Source: Synechococcus sp.
GTDB taxonomy: Bacteria > Cyanobacteriota > Cyanobacteriia > Thermostichales > PCC-7336
Assembly: GCA_051439605.1 (NCBI GenBank)
Contig: JBFRWN010000044.1
Coordinates: 64,001-128,000 of the forward strand
Length of the DNA: 64,000 nt
Direction of reading: 5' to 3'
Shown: positions 1-9,505 of the stretch, in pieces
Position numbering within the stretch: the stretch's first letter is position 1
Layout: each line of letters starts with the position of its first letter
Made by a program: the position numbers and the translations under genes
Notes under the pieces: model-generated
The model's database searches: none
What the model saw: the letters and a program-made list of their open reading frames with translations, nothing else
What the model was told of the DNA's origin: nothing

Positions 1-88
1 AGATGTAGCGCTGAAGGGACTCTTGATGCCGACGAGGGCTAAACCCTCGCTTATTGGTACTCTCGCTTTGACAGTAGGGACATTGCAT
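1..88 (-). mobile_element. IS1-like transposase, N-terminal zinc-ribbon part (runs off the left edge of the window)
   Basis: Manual translation from the ATG at 88 gives MQCPYCQSESTNKRGFSPRRHQESLQRYI..., the CPxC...KxG...QRY pattern of IS1-type transposase N-termini. The terminal repeat at 131-148 lies just upstream. Confidence 0.75.
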
Positions 89-130
89 GGGGGACAAACA
101 TTACTCTCAGAGCGTTCTAGACCTTAAACC

Positions 131-148
131 AATTTCTGTCCAGTGCCC
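131..148 (-). repeat. Left terminal inverted repeat of the IS1-like element (GGGCACTGGACAGAAATT on the minus strand)
   Basis: The plus-strand 18-mer AATTTCTGTCCAGTGCCC also occurs exactly at 60638-60655, at the 3' end of a transposase remnant. Confidence 0.75.
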
Positions 149-180
149 TGCAGAACAAGTGTCTCTTCTACAACCTTCAT

Positions 181-846
181 TTATCCTGTTGAAAGATGTC
201 CCGCTTCTAGCTTCCATTGTCGATCCGCCACCTGCTCAAAATATTTTGGATCGTGGGTGACCACTAGAATTGTCCAGTTTTGTTTGAGCTTCACCAGTAA
301 CTCCACCACCTGTCGACTCACCGACCAATCTAATCCTGCCGTGGGCTCATCCAACAGAAGTAAGGACGGGCTGCGAATCAGCTGCACAGCCAGCGCGAGC
401 CGACGCTGCTGACCGCCACTCAGTTCTAGGGGCGATCGCTCTAGGGGAATATCCTGCAGCCCCACTTGTTCTAACGCTTGTTTGACGTCATCCAGCCGCA
501 ATTCTGGATGGCCAAACTGCAATTCCTCGACCACCGAAAAGCCACAAAAATGTCGTTCGGGGAACTGGAATACTAAACCCGCCAGCTGGCGCAACTGCTG
601 GGGTTTTAGAGGGGTGCCGCACCAACAAATGGTGCCCTCAGTCGGCCGGGCCAACCCCGCCATCAGCTCTAGCAACGTACTTTTACCCGCTCCACTGACC
701 CCCACAATCACCCCCAGTTGCTTGGGGGCAAGTTGGAGGGACACGTTGCTCAAAATGGGATGGGCGGCAGCGGCAGGATGGTACGTGAGGTTATTAAGAG
801 AAAACACAGATGCTTGAGATTGAATGAGCAATCGAACAGATTTCAC
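181..846 (-). CDS. ABC transporter ATP-binding protein (ECF/CbiO-like)
   Basis: Walker A GVSGAGKST, Q-loop VFQFPE, signature LSGGQ, Walker B LLLLDEP, H-loop VTHD. Confidence 0.85.
   Translation of the reverse strand: MKSVRLLIQSQASVFSLNNLTYHPAAAAHPILSNVSLQLAPKQLGVIVGVSGAGKSTLLELMAGLARPTEGTICWCGTPLKPQQLRQLAGLVFQFPERHFCGFSVVEELQFGHPELRLDDVKQALEQVGLQDIPLERSPLELSGGQQRRLALAVQLIRSPSLLLLDEPTAGLDWSVSRQVVELLVKLKQNWTILVVTHDPKYFEQVADRQWKLEAGHLSTG
432..439. repeat. HIP1 octamer GCGATCGC (one example; dispersed across the whole window)
   Basis: The octamer recurs dozens of times in coding and non-coding DNA. Not counted exactly. Confidence 0.9.
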
Positions 847-847
847 A

Positions 848-2281
848 TCATGAGGGAAGCAGTTTTAACCCCTGTTCTGAGAGCTTCTGCATGTCCTCCT
901 GCGAGCCGCTCTCCACGTACAGTCTCAGCAAAGGTTCTGTTTCAGAAGCCCGCACCATCAACCAACGGGGGGACTCTTCTAAGTAGAATTTGACGCCGTT
1001 CAAGACATCACGGTGGGTTTCAAAATGGGACATTTCGCGGACCTTGTACCCAGCAATCTGATGAGGGGGATTCTGGGCCAATTGAGGAACAACCCCACTA
1101 CAATCCTGGTCGTAGCGCAAGTCCACTCGGTTATAGTGCACTTCCCCAAACTGCTGCCGCTTTTGGGCCACGTAATCAGATAGGCGATCGCAGCCGGATA
1201 GCGCCAACATCTCCAGAATCAGCAGGGCGGAAAATATCCCATCTCGCTCCGGAAGGTGAATGTTAAAGCCATAGCCCCCGCTTTCCTCAAATCCCATTGC
1301 TACACAACTTTCTAGCATCTTGCGGCAGATATAGGGAAAGCCCACTTGCACGTCATAAATCCGCCGATTTTCTCCAAAATAGGCACTAATTTTATCGGTT
1401 ACCGAAGAGGTTCTTACAATATCCCCCGTTACTCCACGGCCATTCACTAAACGATCCACCAGTAGAACGATGGTTTCCTGAGCGCTCAGCCAACTGCCAT
1501 CCTCCAGCATGACCCCAAGGCGATCGGCATCCCCATCAGTGGCCAACCCCAACGAGTAATCTCCCTGGCTTAGCTTTGTTTGCAACGGACCGAGATTTTT
1601 GGCAATTGGTTCTGGCGATCGCCCAGAGAAATCAGTGGTGGCCTTTTCATAGATGGTGGTAACGTCGCATCCGTATGGAACAAGCAGCTCCTCCAGTATG
1701 GTTTGCCCCGCTCCCCCCATGGAATCCACCAAGACCCGCAATGAAGAGTTTCCAATTGCCTCCAGATTAATAAGGGAGCGAATGTGGTCCAGATAGCCCT
1801 CCATCAAGTTCTGTGTGTGAATACCGACGTTGCTTTTCCGGACGGGGCTTTGCCCCAACCGCGATTCGATATCTTGGGTAGCTTCGAAGAAAAACGGGCC
1901 GCCATAGGCCCCTTTAAACTTAATACCGTTGTACTGGGGGGGATTGTGGCTGGCAGTGATCGCCACACCTGCGGTCAGTTGGAGTGATTTCACAGCGAAG
2001 GAAACCACGGGGGTGGGGGTGATGCGATCGGCAAGTACCACCCCGATGTTGTTCCCCGCCAACACTTGGGCGAATAACTGGGCAAACTCGCTGGAGTTGC
2101 GTCTGCCATCAAAGGCGATCGCCACTTGCGTCGAATCCGCCTTGCCTGCCTGCAAGGCTCGAGCGTTGATGGAATCGGCAAAGGCTTGGGCCACCTCCTC
2201 CACCATCTGGGGGGTCATTTGGCGATCCAGTAAACCGCGCCACCCGTCTGGGGCAAAGTCGATCGCAGTCGATAAAGCCAT
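848..2281 (-). CDS. Phosphoglucomutase/phosphomannomutase family protein
   Basis: Phospho-Ser motif TASHNP, metal loop DGDADR, sugar-binding GFEESGG, C-terminal RASETEP. Confidence 0.9.
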   Translation of the reverse strand: MALSTAIDFAPDGWRGLLDRQMTPQMVEEVAQAFADSINARALQAGKADSTQVAIAFDGRRNSSEFAQLFAQVLAGNNIGVVLADRITPTPVVSFAVKSLQLTAGVAITASHNPPQYNGIKFKGAYGGPFFFEATQDIESRLGQSPVRKSNVGIHTQNLMEGYLDHIRSLINLEAIGNSSLRVLVDSMGGAGQTILEELLVPYGCDVTTIYEKATTDFSGRSPEPIAKNLGPLQTKLSQGDYSLGLATDGDADRLGVMLEDGSWLSAQETIVLLVDRLVNGRGVTGDIVRTSSVTDKISAYFGENRRIYDVQVGFPYICRKMLESCVAMGFEESGGYGFNIHLPERDGIFSALLILEMLALSGCDRLSDYVAQKRQQFGEVHYNRVDLRYDQDCSGVVPQLAQNPPHQIAGYKVREMSHFETHRDVLNGVKFYLEESPRWLMVRASETEPLLRLYVESGSQEDMQKLSEQGLKLLPS

Positions 2282-2418
2282 ATTGTTCTTTGCTACGGCG
2301 ATCGCCGCCTCAATCCACCAATGGGTAATGGTAACGGGTTTTGGGGAGCGGGGACATACTCAGAGAGCTTTATAAGCAAAGCACGAGCATTACAAAACAG
2401 GGTGAGAGCAAACTGACA

Positions 2419-5400
2419 CTAGAAATCAGTGCTGAACTCAAACGAGGCTCGATCGTTACCGTCAAAATTCGTCCCGGTCCGAATCAAGACATTGTCGCTG
2501 ACACGGAAGCGAGTGCTAAGCCTTGGATTTTCATTGGGGTCGTTCAAGCTTTGTTGGACCGAGACAGATACTCCCGCACCGAGATCCTTTGCGGCTTCTA
2601 CCCCCACGCCCAAACTGCCAGAGTCCCCTGCAAACGGGGCCACGCGCAATTCATCCAATCCTAGTGCGTTGCCTAGCGCGTTTTGGGCACCAAACAGCAC
2701 TGTAGATAGGGCAAACCCGGCTAGATTCCCTCGCCCCAGCCCGTCGATCTGCGCTCCCCCCAACAACGCCACGATCTCGTCTGGGGATCGCGATGGGCTG
2801 CTGCTGAGCTGAATCAGGTTACTCCCCCCCGTTGCGGCATTGAGTTCGCTGGCCCGCCCCTGCACTAGCGCTTGAATTTGAACGGTTTGCTGCTCGGTGA
2901 GGTTGACTGTTTCGTTGCTACCGGAGGAGGTAAACGAACGGGTGGTGGTGACTCCCCGTCCACGAGTCTCTTGGACTTCTGTAAAGGCCGAGACGTTCAA
3001 GACTGGGTCGAATCCCCCCTGGCGATCGAACACAACGGTGTTATCGCGACCGCGATCGATACGCAAATTAGTCAACCCGAGGTTGAGCCGTCCCTGTTCG
3101 ATGCTGATGGTTCCCTCTGGCTGCAGCGCTGATAGAGTGCCGTACAGAGCGAGATCCCCACGGGTAACAATGGAAAACAACGGCGCTCGAGCCACTTGCA
3201 CGTTATCCGCCAATGTCAAAGTCAAACCGTTGAAGCGGGGTTGCCATTGTTGGTTGCGGCTATTGTCGTTGCTGGGAATGGAGATGGTGCCGTTCTGCAA
3301 CACCACGTTGCCGCTCAATTCCGGTAAGAGCATCGTCCCCTGTATCTCAACGGTCCCTGCCACCTCCCCCTTATACAGGTCGGGCAGCTCGAGGTTGAGA
3401 TCTCCCATTTTTACCACCAGCGGTGTTTCTCCTGTCCGCAGGAGACCCTCGCTGTTAACCGCCAGCCCTCCTGCCGCCGTCACCTGTCCATCCCCATAGG
3501 TACCGCTCAGTGCTTGCACGTTAAGGCGGTCGGAATTGAATGCGATCGCAGCGTTAAGTTGCTGGATGGGCTGCGGCAGAGCGCTCACTTCCAGCACCCC
3601 ATCGCTGATGTCGATCCCCCCCGATAGCGTGGGTGCCTGGAGCGTTCCCCCGAGTGAGATATCCAATACCCCCTGACCAGACCGCCAGGTGAATTCATCC
3701 GTGAATAGGTTCATCAGGGCCAATTGCTCGTCACGGGCAACTACTGCTAAAGAAATTGCCTCTGAAGGGGGCTGCACTGTCACAAACGGGAGCGGCAGAG
3801 GCAGAACTCCGGACAGAATAACCGGATTGGGGGCGTCTCCTTGTAAGTTGCCCTCCAACTGTAGGGTGGCTTGGTTATAGGTAAAAGTGCCGTTGGCCAC
3901 CTGAAGAGGGTTGTCATTGATGGTGATATTCGCCAGATCGAACTGACCGCTCGCCTCTGGACTGTCATGGGTGCCGCTAATTTCGGCGCTGGCGTTGAGG
4001 TCTCCGCTAAAGCTAGGGACATTGGGAACAAAATTCTCCAGCAGCTGAATGGGAAAGCGGTTGAGCAGTAGGAATCCTGTCTGGTCTTTTCGCCCGAAGG
4101 TGCCCGTGAGGCTACCCCGACGATCGCCAGAAGTAGCTTCAAACCTATCTAGCTGAAGGGTCTGCGATTGGTAGTGCCCTTTTGCCACAAGCCGATCGAG
4201 CTGGTAGGCTTGCTGCCCATCATTAGGCTTGGAGGGGGGCAATTGCCAATTTGCCCCGGTTAAATCGAAGTCAATTGCGGGTTGAGCAAGGGCTCCCGAT
4301 ATCTGAATTTTTCCGCCAAAGCTTCCACGCAGGTTAGCGATGTTGGGAATGCGTGGGTCCAGCTGTTGCTCGAATTGTTCGGCCTGTTGCCGCACCGCCA
4401 CACTGTAGGTTTCTAGGCGATCGAATAGCGATTGCTGTAGGAGGCTAATGGCAGGAACCTGCAATAGCGAGGCAGAGCCAAATTGAGGGGCTGGCAAACC
4501 TGCAGTCATATCCTGCCAATCCTGCCAGCGTACCGCCTGTAACAACCCTTCCACCGAGGCGTTGTCGGTGGCCACCTGCAGATCGAGGCGCAGGGGTTTA
4601 TCTGATGTGGATTGACGGCGTCCACCCCGTAGGGTCCGTTGGGGGGCGCTAGGCAGCCAGATCGTACCGTCCGCTCGGTACAAGCTATCCCTTAGCTGAA
4701 GTTCCCCGTTAGAAATGACCAGTTTGTCCCCCCCCAAGGCAAAGTCGCCCTGCAGGCGATCAACTTTAATTCCCTGCCAACTGGAGGAGGTGGTGGTTAA
4801 GCGACCCTGCGCAGTGTTTTCCGCCATGTTTAGGGTGAGGGTACTGTCGATGGTGCCGTTCCATACCCCCGGCACGATGCCATTCATCAGAGCCAGCGGA
4901 AATTGTGCCAAAGTGACGTCAAACCGTTCTCCATCCCGCTGACCTTCGGCAGACGTTTCCCCCTGACGTAGGGCAAAATCTTGCGGGATCCAGTCTCCAT
5001 CTAGGGAGATCGCCAGGCGATCGCCAACATCTGGATTATCAGACAGTACAACTGTTGGGTCGCGCAGATCGATCTCCACGCCCTCGCTGCCAGGTTTCCA
5101 CCGCAGCGGTCCCTGCAGCGAACTAAACTTCAGTCCTGCCGCCTGGAAATTGTCTAGCCCCAATTGCCCCACCAGCTCGAAAGAGGATGGTGTGCCCCTC
5201 AGACGTCCATCCAAATTCACTAAACCGCTAACTGGAAAGTTGGGAGGGAGTTGCGGCAGCTCGGCCAGAGGCAAACTGCGCACCGCAAGCTTCAGGTCCA
5301 CGTCCCCCACCTGTTTGGCAAGTGGGTCGAAGGGAATGCGACCATCGACTGCCACTGTATCTAAAGCAAGTCCCTCGCGGATGGTCAATCCACTCCCATC

Positions 5401-7341
5401 CCACTCCACTTGTGCCGCCATCGGACCGGGAAGAGAGGCCAAACCGGTCGGAAATTCTATGCGACCGCTGGCTTCTAAGCCAGCTAAGCTCACATCGCGG
5501 GTGGTGCCGTCAATTTGAATGTCCCCGTTTAAGCGCTTAACTTCGGCTGCCTCAGCATCACCAGTTGAATGGGGCTCGCCGGACAGCAAATCGGCAGAGA
5601 TTAAATCTGTGGCCAAGAAATTTACCGCCACTCCTTCGGGGATGATTCGAGCACTGAAAGCTCGCACGCCATCAGCGGCGGCAGGGGTCAGCACCGCCGA
5701 AAACAGGGCAGTGCCTCCGCCAAGAGCGATGTCCGCCTGTGGGATTGTAGATTGGTCCTCCCGCCAGTCAAATCGGCCCGTACCGGTAATTTCTCCCCCC
5801 TTTGCTTGCCAGTTAGCGATGATAACCGGTCGATCGCCCGCGATCGTCACTGCTCCCTGCGCATCAATAGTCCCCAAAGACTTGGGTAAGGGGTCAAATT
5901 CGTAGGCCGCCACGATTTGGCTGACGTCAGCATCCTTAAGGTCAAATTGAAACTCCGACCTGATGGAAGATTCTCTTAGGAAAACTTGGCCGCTGCCCGT
6001 TGCCCTACCGCCGTCGTTGGGTAAGCTGGCGGCCAGTTCGGTCAGTTCTAGTCGGTTTCCCTGTAACGCGAAGTTCCCCGAATACTTATCCACCTCAAGT
6101 CGGCTGACTGTAGCCACTTCAGTCTGTTGGAATTCCCCTTGTAAGAGGGGATTGGTGACCGGGCCCATTAGAGAGGCTTGTCCTTCTGCAACCCCGCTAA
6201 CTGGTACGGGTACGGTGAGTCCAAAGGTCTCCTCTAATTGAGCGACTTTTACGCCGGAGCTTTCACCAACAAGATTAAACTGGGCCTGCTTCAAGGCAGT
6301 CCAATTTTGTAGGTAGATCGGGTCCTCCCAATCAACCGTTCCCTCTACCGAGATCGGGATTTGTCCGTAGCGACCTTCGACCTTCTGCAAAATGGCGCTA
6401 TTTGGGGTAAGGGCAATCGGACCGCTGAAGTCTTCGAAGGGGCGTGGCACCGAATTAACTGCAAAGGTGACATTGTGGGCGATTGCCGTGCCTGCGAACT
6501 CTAAAGGACGATCGGGTTGCCAATGGACTTGCAGTTCGACATCGGCAGTTCCCTCTTGAGCTTGCACAATGTTTTGGAGCGGCAATAGATCCAACAAGGT
6601 GATGGGTAGCTCCGTGCCCGAGGCTTGTAGCTGTAAGCTGGGACCGCTACTGATAGAAGATTCAGGGGATACAGATATTGGCAAAGCTGTACTGCCTTCA
6701 ATCTGTAGTGGGGCACCACTGACGCGCAGTTTAGTTCTCCAGCTGACATCTTCTTCCTCTGACCCCAGTGGTAGAAGCAATCGTCCCTGCCAGCGCTCGA
6801 ACTGATGGGACTCCCCCTCGAGGGGGATCAGGTTGAGGTGGCCATTGGCAACTTCGAGGGTGACGGATGACAAGGGAGCCCCCATCCCCTCCATGCCGTC
6901 AAGATTCAAGTCAAGATTGGCCCACCCCCGCTCGGAGGATTGTTGAATCGTGACCTTGGGATGGTGCAGGCGCAGGGCGATCGCCAATTCCCGCTGCCAC
7001 AGCCAACGCCAAACATCCGCTCGAATATCGATGCCGCGAACAATGGCTAACTGCTCGATTTCGCTTTCACCCAGCGACACTTGCCAAGGCCAAACAAATT
7101 TAACGTCTCCTAAAGTGACCTGCCGTTGCAGGGTTGCTTCCAGTGTTGCTTCTACTTCCGGCAGTAGCTGCCTCTGCACGTAAGAGCGTCCCCCTACGCC
7201 GATCCCTACCACCGCCAGCCCAAGAATGAGGGTGGTCCCAGCCCCCACCTTCGTCAGCCGTCTCCAGCGCTGTTGCGAACGGGAGAGAGAATTTGAAACA
7301 AATCCTTCTGCATCCAGCTGACGATTATCCGGCACGGTCAT
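2419..7341 (-). CDS. Translocation/assembly module TamB (DUF490) family protein
   Basis: 1640 aa with an N-terminal TM anchor, long beta-rich body and TamB-like C-terminus (LSSSPSRSPDEIVALLG ... final Phe). Confidence 0.8.
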   Translation of the reverse strand: MTVPDNRQLDAEGFVSNSLSRSQQRWRRLTKVGAGTTLILGLAVVGIGVGGRSYVQRQLLPEVEATLEATLQRQVTLGDVKFVWPWQVSLGESEIEQLAIVRGIDIRADVWRWLWQRELAIALRLHHPKVTIQQSSERGWANLDLNLDGMEGMGAPLSSVTLEVANGHLNLIPLEGESHQFERWQGRLLLPLGSEEEDVSWRTKLRVSGAPLQIEGSTALPISVSPESSISSGPSLQLQASGTELPITLLDLLPLQNIVQAQEGTADVELQVHWQPDRPLEFAGTAIAHNVTFAVNSVPRPFEDFSGPIALTPNSAILQKVEGRYGQIPISVEGTVDWEDPIYLQNWTALKQAQFNLVGESSGVKVAQLEETFGLTVPVPVSGVAEGQASLMGPVTNPLLQGEFQQTEVATVSRLEVDKYSGNFALQGNRLELTELAASLPNDGGRATGSGQVFLRESSIRSEFQFDLKDADVSQIVAAYEFDPLPKSLGTIDAQGAVTIAGDRPVIIANWQAKGGEITGTGRFDWREDQSTIPQADIALGGGTALFSAVLTPAAADGVRAFSARIIPEGVAVNFLATDLISADLLSGEPHSTGDAEAAEVKRLNGDIQIDGTTRDVSLAGLEASGRIEFPTGLASLPGPMAAQVEWDGSGLTIREGLALDTVAVDGRIPFDPLAKQVGDVDLKLAVRSLPLAELPQLPPNFPVSGLVNLDGRLRGTPSSFELVGQLGLDNFQAAGLKFSSLQGPLRWKPGSEGVEIDLRDPTVVLSDNPDVGDRLAISLDGDWIPQDFALRQGETSAEGQRDGERFDVTLAQFPLALMNGIVPGVWNGTIDSTLTLNMAENTAQGRLTTTSSSWQGIKVDRLQGDFALGGDKLVISNGELQLRDSLYRADGTIWLPSAPQRTLRGGRRQSTSDKPLRLDLQVATDNASVEGLLQAVRWQDWQDMTAGLPAPQFGSASLLQVPAISLLQQSLFDRLETYSVAVRQQAEQFEQQLDPRIPNIANLRGSFGGKIQISGALAQPAIDFDLTGANWQLPPSKPNDGQQAYQLDRLVAKGHYQSQTLQLDRFEATSGDRRGSLTGTFGRKDQTGFLLLNRFPIQLLENFVPNVPSFSGDLNASAEISGTHDSPEASGQFDLANITINDNPLQVANGTFTYNQATLQLEGNLQGDAPNPVILSGVLPLPLPFVTVQPPSEAISLAVVARDEQLALMNLFTDEFTWRSGQGVLDISLGGTLQAPTLSGGIDISDGVLEVSALPQPIQQLNAAIAFNSDRLNVQALSGTYGDGQVTAAGGLAVNSEGLLRTGETPLVVKMGDLNLELPDLYKGEVAGTVEIQGTMLLPELSGNVVLQNGTISIPSNDNSRNQQWQPRFNGLTLTLADNVQVARAPLFSIVTRGDLALYGTLSALQPEGTISIEQGRLNLGLTNLRIDRGRDNTVVFDRQGGFDPVLNVSAFTEVQETRGRGVTTTRSFTSSGSNETVNLTEQQTVQIQALVQGRASELNAATGGSNLIQLSSSPSRSPDEIVALLGGAQIDGLGRGNLAGFALSTVLFGAQNALGNALGLDELRVAPFAGDSGSLGVGVEAAKDLGAGVSVSVQQSLNDPNENPRLSTRFRVSDNVLIRTGTNFDGNDRASFEFSTDF

Positions 7342-7725
7342 TTCCTACTACTTGCTGGTGCGAAGCATTCTTTCATCAAGCATGGATGGGCATTGATGGA
7401 AGAAGCATGAATATCTCAATTGTTCGTGCCATCCCGAACGTCTCGAGATGTCCTCTCTGCCCCCAATATTATCCAAAGCTTAAGAGGGGAGCCCCCTCTA
7501 TCCAACAAGAAAATGGGATCTACAGGGGGAGTGGAGGACGAGGATATGGTTTTACTCTAAGCATGCACAATTTAAGAACAAAGAGGCTTAGGTCTAAAAG
7601 AAACGAGCGCAACCCGCAAGATCGCTTCCCGATGTGTCCTACTGTTAATAGTCGTCAGAGCAATCCGTATTTATGCGGAACTAGCGTTATGCTCTAGACT
7701 AGATTTTCTAAAGTTCCGTACAAAC

Positions 7726-8370
7726 GTGCAGTACACCTTCCGCGCTTACCAAAAAACTAACGTGACCCTAGCGGGGTCGCTGGAGCAGGTGCAGACTTTC
7801 CTGAGCGATCCTCGCCATCTAGTAGAAGCGTTGCTGGACCTCGATCGCGTCCGTCAGGTGGGGGCAGGACGGTTTGCAGTGCGCATGTTTCCCATTCAGG
7901 CTCTCAACATGCAAATTTCCCCTGAGGTAGAGCTGAAGATCGTCACGGATGCCCGTTCCTGCGTGCATCTCAAAGCAGTGAATTGTCGCATCCGCGGCAA
8001 TGATTGGCTCGATCGCAATTTCAATCTGTTTTTCGAGGGGTATTTGTCTCCCTGCGCTAAAGACAGCGGCCTCCAAGACAACGCTATCGCCTACAAGGAA
8101 AGGCCTCTTGAGAAGGAACTTGCCGAAATAGCGCTGGTGGGAAATGCCAATTTAGAGGTGGGCATTGGTATGCCGCCATTAATGCAGCTCACCCCCAAGT
8201 CCATCGTGGATGGGATTGGCAACCCGATAACACGCGGGGTGTTGACGGCGATCGAACGATCGCTATGTCGCAAATTACCGCACAAGTTTAGGTCATGGCA
8301 GCAGGAGCAGACCCTAACGGCTGAAATGGCCGAGCTATCGAGCGGTCGGATTAAGCCAGTAGCTGGATAG
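7726..8370 (+). CDS. DUF1997 family protein
   Basis: Resembles cyanobacterial DUF1997 (FLSDPRHLVEAL ... GIGNPITRGVLTAIERSL). Confidence 0.65.
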   Translation: MQYTFRAYQKTNVTLAGSLEQVQTFLSDPRHLVEALLDLDRVRQVGAGRFAVRMFPIQALNMQISPEVELKIVTDARSCVHLKAVNCRIRGNDWLDRNFNLFFEGYLSPCAKDSGLQDNAIAYKERPLEKELAEIALVGNANLEVGIGMPPLMQLTPKSIVDGIGNPITRGVLTAIERSLCRKLPHKFRSWQQEQTLTAEMAELSSGRIKPVAG

Positions 8371-8611
8371 CTTGCTGAGTCTGGTGGGTTACCGCCAAAG
8401 TTAAACAGAGCACCGAACTGCTAAGGAGGGCCGAACTATGAAGTGGAAGTGTGCAAGTTCACCTCGAATCATTCCGATGGGAAGAGCCCCCCTAATAATA
8501 TTTTGATGCCAATTGTTTGTGCGCTTTCTCTTGCCAGTGGAATAGCAACAATCTGCAGCTCACAGATTTAAATCTATAGTTATTCAGGCACATACTTTTT
8601 GCAGACCAAGA

Positions 8612-9397
8612 CTATTCCTCCGGAAAGCTGCCGTCTCGGACTTCTTCACAGAATGCTTCCACCGCTGTCGCAATCGCCTCGCGTAAATTCGTGTAAGCCT
8701 TTGCAAATGGAGGCATCCGATCGGACAAGCCTAGCAGATCGTTGGTGACCAGGATTTGGCCATCGCAGCCAGCCCCGGCCCCGATACCAAATGTGGGAAT
8801 CACTAGCTGTTCGGAAATTTCTCGACCCACCTCAGCAGGCATATGTTCTAGCACAAGGGCAAAGGCCCCTGCCTCCTGCAAATCTTTAGCCTCGCGCAAC
8901 AGACGTTGGGCCGCTTCTGCAGTAGTCCCCTGCTGCCTAAAGCCTCCCACCTGATGTACCGCCTGTGGCGTCAAACCCAAATGACCCAATACGGGTATGC
9001 CGGCTTGCACCAATGCAGCCACCGTCTCCACCATCTGGGGATATCCTCCCTCCACCTTGACCCCCATGGCACCAGCCTCTTTGATTGTCCGACCTGCAGA
9101 CATCAGGGCCTGTTCCCGGCTGACTTGGTACGTTAGGAATGGTAAGTCCGCTACTAAGAAAGCGCGATCGACCCCTCGACGGACCGCAGCGCAATGGTGT
9201 ATTAGCTCGTCTAAGGTGAGGGGCAAGGTATTGCTGTAACCCAATGTAGTCATGGCCAAACTGTCACCCACCAGCAACAAGTCAACCCCTGAGCGATCGA
9301 GTAGTTGGGCAAAGGCAAAATCAGCAGCCGTCAGGGCAACTAACTTTTGTCCGGCCTGCTTCGCTTTAGCAAAGTGCTGAATCTGAATGGAAAGCAT
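8612..9397 (-). CDS. panB: 3-methyl-2-oxobutanoate hydroxymethyltransferase
   Basis: Motifs [38 protein letters not shown]. The start at MLSIQ (about 9397) is preferred over the ORF-track start 9439. Confidence 0.95.
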   Translation of the reverse strand: MLSIQIQHFAKAKQAGQKLVALTAADFAFAQLLDRSGVDLLLVGDSLAMTTLGYSNTLPLTLDELIHHCAAVRRGVDRAFLVADLPFLTYQVSREQALMSAGRTIKEAGAMGVKVEGGYPQMVETVAALVQAGIPVLGHLGLTPQAVHQVGGFRQQGTTAEAAQRLLREAKDLQEAGAFALVLEHMPAEVGREISEQLVIPTFGIGAGAGCDGQILVTNDLLGLSDRMPPFAKAYTNLREAIATAVEAFCEEVRDGSFPEE

Positions 9398-9505
9398 GGG
9401 TTCAGTGGGACACAAGTCGATCCTACTGCGTAAGTGCATGTAGCAAGGGTATAGCTAGTGGCCTGCTAAAACAGAAAGCACGCAAAAGAAAATTCCGCAT
9501 GCAGG

